Assembly (NCBI GenBank): GCA_003523055.1
Contig: DPHC01000002.1
Coordinates: forward strand, 282,041-346,040
From: Dehalococcoidia bacterium
Lineage (GTDB): Bacteria > Chloroflexota > Dehalococcoidia > Lucifugimonadales > UBA3495
DNA: 64,000 nt
Direction of reading: 5' to 3'
Below, piece after piece: positions 59,142 through 64,000 of this stretch (the first letter of the stretch is position 1; each line of letters begins with the position of its first letter). The notes beneath the pieces are model-generated. The model did not search any database. It was not told the origin of the DNA and saw nothing but the letters and a program-made list of their open reading frames with translations. A program made the translations under genes and the position numbers.

Positions 59142-60212
59142 TTGGGAAGAATTAAAGTCGCGATAATAGGTGTTGGCAATTGTGCCTCTTCATTAGTACA
59201 AGGCCTGCATCAATATCCCGAAACACCAGACAATGGAAAAGTTCCGGGAATAATGCATAATTTGATTGGTGATTACAAAATAGAAGACATCGAAATTGTA
59301 GCAGCATTCGATATAGACGGAAATAAAGTAGGCAAAGATCTTTCTGAAGCTATATTTACAGAACCTAACAATACTCTGAAATTTGCTGAAGTACCTCAAA
59401 CGCATGTGAAAGTTCAAATGGGAGTTCAAAACGACAGTATTGGCCAATATATTGAACACTTAATAAAACCGTCCACCGAAGCTCCTGTAAACATATCTGA
59501 AGTGCTGAAAGAACGAAACGTAGATGTAGTAATAAATTATCTACCTGTAGGCAGTGAAATAGCTACAAAATGGTACGCCGATCAAATATTAGACGCCAAA
59601 TGCGGTATGGTTAACTGCATACCTGTATTTATAGCAAAAAATGAACACTGGAGTAATAAATTCAAAGAAGCCGGAGTACCGATAGTAGGAGATGATATCA
59701 AATCTCAAGTAGGCGCGACCATCTTGCATAGAGTCTTAACCCGTTTGTTTGAAGACAGAGGAGTCACTGTTGATAATACTTATCAACTAAACTTTGGAGG
59801 TAACACTGATTTCTTGAACATGCTAGAGAGAGAGCGTTTGGTCTCGAAGAAGATTTCCAAAACATCAGCAGTCACATCTCAAATGGACAATGAAGTCGAT
59901 CCAAATACAGTGCATATAGGACCGAGTGACCACGTACCGTGGCTTAACGACCGTAAATGGGCCTATATTCGTATGGAGGGTAAATTATTTGGAGAGGCTC
60001 CCATAAATGTTGAAGTAAAGTTAGAAGTATGGGATAGCCCAAATTCTGCAGGAGTAGTGGTCGATGCAATTAGGTGTGTAAAATTGGCTTTAGACCGAGG
60101 TATCAGCGGACCGATAGATAGTGCGAGTGCTTATTACATGAAGTCTCCACCCATACAATATACCGATGACGAAGCTAGACAACTATTAGAAGAATTTATA
60201 CTACCTAAATAA
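59142..60212 (+). CDS. ino1: myo-inositol-1-phosphate synthase (inositol-3-phosphate synthase)
   Basis: 356 aa with a TTG start after [21 protein letters not shown] is the typical bacterial/archaeal MIPS N-terminus. It also has [11 protein letters not shown] and NFGGNTDF. Confidence 0.88.
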   Translation: MGRIKVAIIGVGNCASSLVQGLHQYPETPDNGKVPGIMHNLIGDYKIEDIEIVAAFDIDGNKVGKDLSEAIFTEPNNTLKFAEVPQTHVKVQMGVQNDSIGQYIEHLIKPSTEAPVNISEVLKERNVDVVINYLPVGSEIATKWYADQILDAKCGMVNCIPVFIAKNEHWSNKFKEAGVPIVGDDIKSQVGATILHRVLTRLFEDRGVTVDNTYQLNFGGNTDFLNMLERERLVSKKISKTSAVTSQMDNEVDPNTVHIGPSDHVPWLNDRKWAYIRMEGKLFGEAPINVEVKLEVWDSPNSAGVVVDAIRCVKLALDRGISGPIDSASAYYMKSPPIQYTDDEARQLLEEFILPK

Positions 60213-60221
60213 ATTTCCATC

Positions 60222-61343
60222 ATGAAACAATTGAAGATAGCGATGATATCCCCCTATGACATGTCATATCCAAGTGGAGTTAATAGTCATGCAGTAAATT
60301 TATGTAGAGCATTAGAGAACAGAGGGCATATTACTACTTTGATTGCTCCATCTACCAAAAAGCCATATCTAGCCAATATCAATTTCATAAGCATTGGCAA
60401 AACTGTACCTATCCGGTTATTTAACACCCAAGTTCGGTTGTCGTTAAATCCATTGAATGTATTCAAATTAAGAACAATTCTTCATAGTAAAACTTTCGAC
60501 ATAGTTCATATACATGAGCCCTTTTTACCTTTGACTTCTCTTTTTTCACTGATGTTTTCTAAATCAGCTACAGTCACCACATTCCATGCATTCAATGAAG
60601 GCCGGAATATATATAAATACATACGTGTCCTATTAACGCCATTTCTAAAGTTGCTTCAAAATAATATAGCAGTATCTAGTTTGGCAAAATCCCATCTGTT
60701 GAAACATATAACCATTGATGAAAATAAATTGACAGTCATAGCCAACGGTGTAAATTTAAATGTGTTTTCTTTCGTTGACGACCAACCAACCTGTGGAATT
60801 TTCAAGATCGCATTTATTGGAAGAGATGAACCTCGAAAAGGATTACTATATTTACTACAGGCCTTTGAAGAACTTCGAAAAGAGTTTCAAAACATCAAAC
60901 TTATCTTAATTGGTCCAGCAAACCTGAAACAATATACAACTCAATTCTCAGACCTATTAACTTCAGATGTAATTGAGTTAATTCCAGCTTTAAGCAATGA
61001 CAATTTATTGTTAAAACTGTCTTCAATAGATATTCTATGCTTACCATCTATTGGTGGTGAGAGTTTCGGCATTACTTTTTTAGAAGGCATGGCATCAAAA
61101 ACTCCTGTAGTAGCCACTAACATTGCAGCTTACCAATTACTAGTATGTGGGTATGAATACCCTTTGATTCCGATCAAAAATTCTAATGCAATAAAAAACT
61201 ATATAAAAATGCTAATTAAAGACGAAAATTACCGGAGACAAATCAGTGATCTAGGCTTTAAAATTGTCCAAAACTACGATTGGAAAGAAATTAGTGAAAA
61301 GGTAGAATCAATATATTTTGATGCCTTGAAGAATGATTCATGA
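60222..61343 (+). CDS. GT4 family glycosyltransferase (PimA-like candidate)
   Basis: 373 aa, GT-B fold. The E-x7-E motif is ESFGITFLE. FIGRDEPRKG is also present. It overlaps the next gene by 4 nt. Confidence 0.82.
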   Translation: MKQLKIAMISPYDMSYPSGVNSHAVNLCRALENRGHITTLIAPSTKKPYLANINFISIGKTVPIRLFNTQVRLSLNPLNVFKLRTILHSKTFDIVHIHEPFLPLTSLFSLMFSKSATVTTFHAFNEGRNIYKYIRVLLTPFLKLLQNNIAVSSLAKSHLLKHITIDENKLTVIANGVNLNVFSFVDDQPTCGIFKIAFIGRDEPRKGLLYLLQAFEELRKEFQNIKLILIGPANLKQYTTQFSDLLTSDVIELIPALSNDNLLLKLSSIDILCLPSIGGESFGITFLEGMASKTPVVATNIAAYQLLVCGYEYPLIPIKNSNAIKNYIKMLIKDENYRRQISDLGFKIVQNYDWKEISEKVESIYFDALKNDS

Positions 61344-61957
61344 TTAGAGATAAAATCAGAGCTCCAATTACTAAATTTATAGAAATACCTATCGCCCAAT
61401 TATTCAACAATATTGGTGTAACACCAACTCAAATAACCATAATATCATTATTGATTTCTATTTCAGGAGGAGTATTCGTAATATATGACAATCTTCTTTT
61501 AGGAGGTCTATTATTCTTATTTGGATCCAGTTTAGATTTATTAGATGGCACTCTATCCAGGTTGACTAACAATTCTACTCAAACAGGCGCTCTCTTAGAT
61601 TCTGTATTTGACAGATTAGGAGAAGCTTTTATGATGCTTTCATTAATAATTTTATCTCTCAGTAACTTAGAAGAAGTATTAACTCCTACTAATATTACTC
61701 AATCTTCTGATTCGATATTAATAGTGTTAACGGTGGTGGCATTAATAAGTTCTCAAACTGTAAGTTACGTGCGTGCGCGTGGTGAATCTCTCAATGTTGA
61801 CATGAAGTCTGGCCTGATTACTAGGCCAGAAAGAGTGTTGTTAATAAGCTTAGGATTGGTAACCAACTATATAACTCTAGCTGTAGCCATTGTCGCACTA
61901 TTTTCTATTGTGACATTAATCCAAAGATTAGTTAATATAATCAAAGCACTGAAATAA
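61340..61957 (+). CDS. CDP-alcohol phosphatidyltransferase (phosphatidylinositol-phosphate synthase-like)
   Basis: 205 aa, polytopic. DLLDGTLSR-x7-TGALLDSVFDR matches the signature D-G-x2-(A/S)-R-x7,8-G-x3-D-x3-D. Confidence 0.85.
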   Translation: MIRDKIRAPITKFIEIPIAQLFNNIGVTPTQITIISLLISISGGVFVIYDNLLLGGLLFLFGSSLDLLDGTLSRLTNNSTQTGALLDSVFDRLGEAFMMLSLIILSLSNLEEVLTPTNITQSSDSILIVLTVVALISSQTVSYVRARGESLNVDMKSGLITRPERVLLISLGLVTNYITLAVAIVALFSIVTLIQRLVNIIKALK

Positions 61958-62020
61958 ACTGGATTATCGCACTAACCGATAGTAGAATAGTCTTAACACT
62001 CTAAATTGTAAGAGGTAAAT

Positions 62021-62494
62021 TTGTATAATGAAATAATTGGTAGCCACGACGGTTCAGGACTAAAAATTAGTATAGTAGTTGCGCGTTTCAATGAATTTAT
62101 AACCAAACAATTGTTAGAAGGAGCTTTAGAGACATTGAAGCATTCTGGCATAAAAGATTCTGATATTACTCTCGTTTGGGTCCCAGGCGCTTTTGAATTA
62201 CCTGTGGTAGCAAAAAACTTGGTCCAAAATACAGATTGTGATGCTGTAATTTGCCTTGGGGCAGTTATTAAAGGAGAAACTGACCATTACGACTTAGTTG
62301 CTAGCAATGCAGCAAGTGGAATATTAACTGCGTCCCTTTCTACTACAAAACCTGTAATGTTTGGAGTTCTAACAACGGACACATTGGATCAAGCAATTAA
62401 CAGAGCAGGTGGCAAATTAGGTAATACAGGTCGCAATGCAGCAGAAGCCGCGATTGAAACTGCTAAAGTAATTAAACAAATAAATAACGGTTAA
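62021..62494 (+). CDS. ribH: 6,7-dimethyl-8-ribityllumazine synthase
   Basis: 157 aa with a TTG start after AGAGG. Motifs are IVVARFNEFIT, WVPGAFELP, GAVIKGETDHYD and FGVLT. Confidence 0.93.
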   Translation: MYNEIIGSHDGSGLKISIVVARFNEFITKQLLEGALETLKHSGIKDSDITLVWVPGAFELPVVAKNLVQNTDCDAVICLGAVIKGETDHYDLVASNAASGILTASLSTTKPVMFGVLTTDTLDQAINRAGGKLGNTGRNAAEAAIETAKVIKQINNG

Positions 62495-62499
62495 CACAA

Positions 62500-63396
62500 A
62501 TGAAATTCGGAATTACTGTTCCAAATAATTGGGGAATATCAGACGCTGTAGAAGTCTTAAACACTGGGCCTTTTTTCGAAGAATTAGGCTATGATTCTTT
62601 ATGGACTATGGACCATTTGTTCAATATAGGGTACATAGGTAAAAGACTCGATAACCAACCATATTATCACCCTTTAGCCACGTTATCCGCAATATCAACT
62701 ATAACTAAAACAATACAGCTAGGAACCTCAATAATAGTTTTGCCCTATCATAACCCAATTGAATTAGCAAAATATGCAGCTACATTGGACCATTTCTCAA
62801 AAGGTCGTCTTATATTAGGATTAGGGGTAGGATCGATGGTTGAAGAATTTGCCGCTCTAGGTATACCTATGTCTCAACGAGGCAAATTGACTAATGAGAA
62901 TATAGCTATAATGAAAGAGCTTTGGGCAAATGAATATCCGACCTTTAAAAGTTCAACATGGAGCTTTGAAAACGTACGATTTTCTCCCAAGCCTTACCTA
63001 AAAAGTTCAATACCTTTATGGATTGGCGGGGCAAGTACTGGAGCATTAACACGAGTTGCCAAGTTAGGCACTGGTTGGCATCCTTCAGGTATATTGCCAG
63101 AACAATACACCTCAGGAAAAGAACAAATCAATCGTATAATGGAAAAACTAGATAAAGATACTTCTGAAATCCAGTATTCTATTCGGCTTGATGTTTCTCC
63201 AAAAAGTGAGTCTTCCAATGCAAGGCACACTCTGTCTTTAAATGGATCTGATCCAGATCAAATAACCACAAAATTAATGGAGTACCAACGTGTTGGAGCC
63301 GATCATGTAATATTCGCAATCAGCTCTTCTAATATTACAGAAATAAAAACAATAGCAGAGACTATTAGTAATAAAGTTTTTCCTAGATTCAATTAG
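62500..63396 (+). CDS. LLM-class (luciferase-like, possibly F420-dependent) oxidoreductase
   Basis: 298 aa. It has GYDSLWTMDH and LDHFSKGRLILGLGVG, and its size is typical of the short LLM subclass. Cofactor not determinable by eye. Confidence 0.82.
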   Translation: MKFGITVPNNWGISDAVEVLNTGPFFEELGYDSLWTMDHLFNIGYIGKRLDNQPYYHPLATLSAISTITKTIQLGTSIIVLPYHNPIELAKYAATLDHFSKGRLILGLGVGSMVEEFAALGIPMSQRGKLTNENIAIMKELWANEYPTFKSSTWSFENVRFSPKPYLKSSIPLWIGGASTGALTRVAKLGTGWHPSGILPEQYTSGKEQINRIMEKLDKDTSEIQYSIRLDVSPKSESSNARHTLSLNGSDPDQITTKLMEYQRVGADHVIFAISSSNITEIKTIAETISNKVFPRFN

Positions 63397-63404
63397 CAAT
63401 AGTC

Positions 63405-64000
63405 TTACAAAACTATCTCTTTTACATCTTTTAATACTTCAAAATCAAATTGTTCTGCTGGATTACTCATGAAACTAAACACTATAACCAATCCAGTAGA
63501 TATGATAACAGCCCCAGCGAAGCTAGCCAAAAGACTGCCAGAGGCTAGCACATGCCAAATTTCTGTTAACCCTTGAATTTCCCACCATCCTGACAAGTCT
63601 GGCCTCGGGAAGAATAATGCACCAAATATAATTCCGGATATGGTACTAACAAAGCATCCGATACCATTCAATTTATTAGAATACATTCCAAAAAACACAG
63701 GAACAACTGCAGCAGCGCAAACAAGATCAGCAATCAAAAACAAGTAAAGTACACTTTGAAAAGCCCACCCCACAAACATTGCAGGAATCACCAAGCCGAT
63801 AGTTATAAATCTGGAATACCTTAGTAAAGCAGTGGTATTAAAAGACGGATATATTTTAAGTAAATCACTAGTAAAAATACTAGTTATTCCATTAATGAGA
63901 GAGTCTATGCTGCTCATAACTAACATCAATGCTAATATACTTAATATAATCAAAATACTAGTAGGTAATATATCTTGAGCTAGAACAAACAGTGATATTG
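63405..64000 (-). CDS. sodium:solute symporter family transporter, C-terminal part (5' end runs off the window)
   Basis: The frame stays open from 63405 to the window edge; the track's TTG at 63953 is internal. It is polytopic, and SSIDSLINGITSIFTSDL is typical of SSS transporters. Confidence 0.75.
   Translation of the reverse strand, partial: ISLFVLAQDILPTSILIILSILALMLVMSSIDSLINGITSIFTSDLLKIYPSFNTTALLRYSRFITIGLVIPAMFVGWAFQSVLYLFLIADLVCAAAVVPVFFGMYSNKLNGIGCFVSTISGIIFGALFFPRPDLSGWWEIQGLTEIWHVLASGSLLASFAGAVIISTGLVIVFSFMSNPAEQFDFEVLKDVKEIVL

Noticed and set aside
61958-62020. FMN (RFN) riboswitch upstream of ribH
   Set aside because: The intergenic region is only about 60 nt and lacks the conserved RFN core. 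It is too short for the aptamer.

Overview
64 kb of a low-GC, densely packed bacterial chromosome (about 60 CDS). I found no rRNA, tRNA, CRISPR array, transposase or integrase. Most of the window is housekeeping. It holds nusA-infB-rbfA-truB, gyrB-rpsT-lexA, recA, rny, dnaJ-prmA, gltX-glnS, trpS, groL, folP-folK, tsaD, mtaB, queG, ychF, ribH and ilvB. Between these sit oxidoreductase paralogs: three luciferase-like (LLM) flavin enzymes and a tandem GMC oxidoreductase pair with an Fe-ADH and an aspartase-like lyase. T-box RNA, RNase Y, GAAC-N4-GTTY-type SOS boxes, a DUF5679 mini-protein and the LLM/GMC expansion together suggest a marine Chloroflexota (SAR202-like) genome. That placement is inference only. 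The most unusual signals are regulatory. Two short leader ORFs carrying Cys codons (one with 7 Cys in its last 12 codons) each end directly next to a terminator/antiterminator pair. One sits upstream of a MoeB/ThiF-type E1 gene, the other upstream of a cysteine synthase gene, which looks like ribosome-mediated attenuation that senses cysteine. Other points of interest: an Ile(AUC)-type T-box on an ilvB gene with no ilvN; a DEAD-box helicase with 108-bp tandem repeats and a CxxC-x17-CxxC ribbon; an orphan divergent GroEL; a dnaJ-prmA operon extended by a kinase-like/PP2C pair; an inositol-lipid cluster (MIPS, GT4, CDP-alcohol phosphatidyltransferase); two divergent PlsY paralogs flanking recA; and a small SOS regulon (lexA, recA). 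I aligned and folded everything by eye. Nothing was searched against databases.
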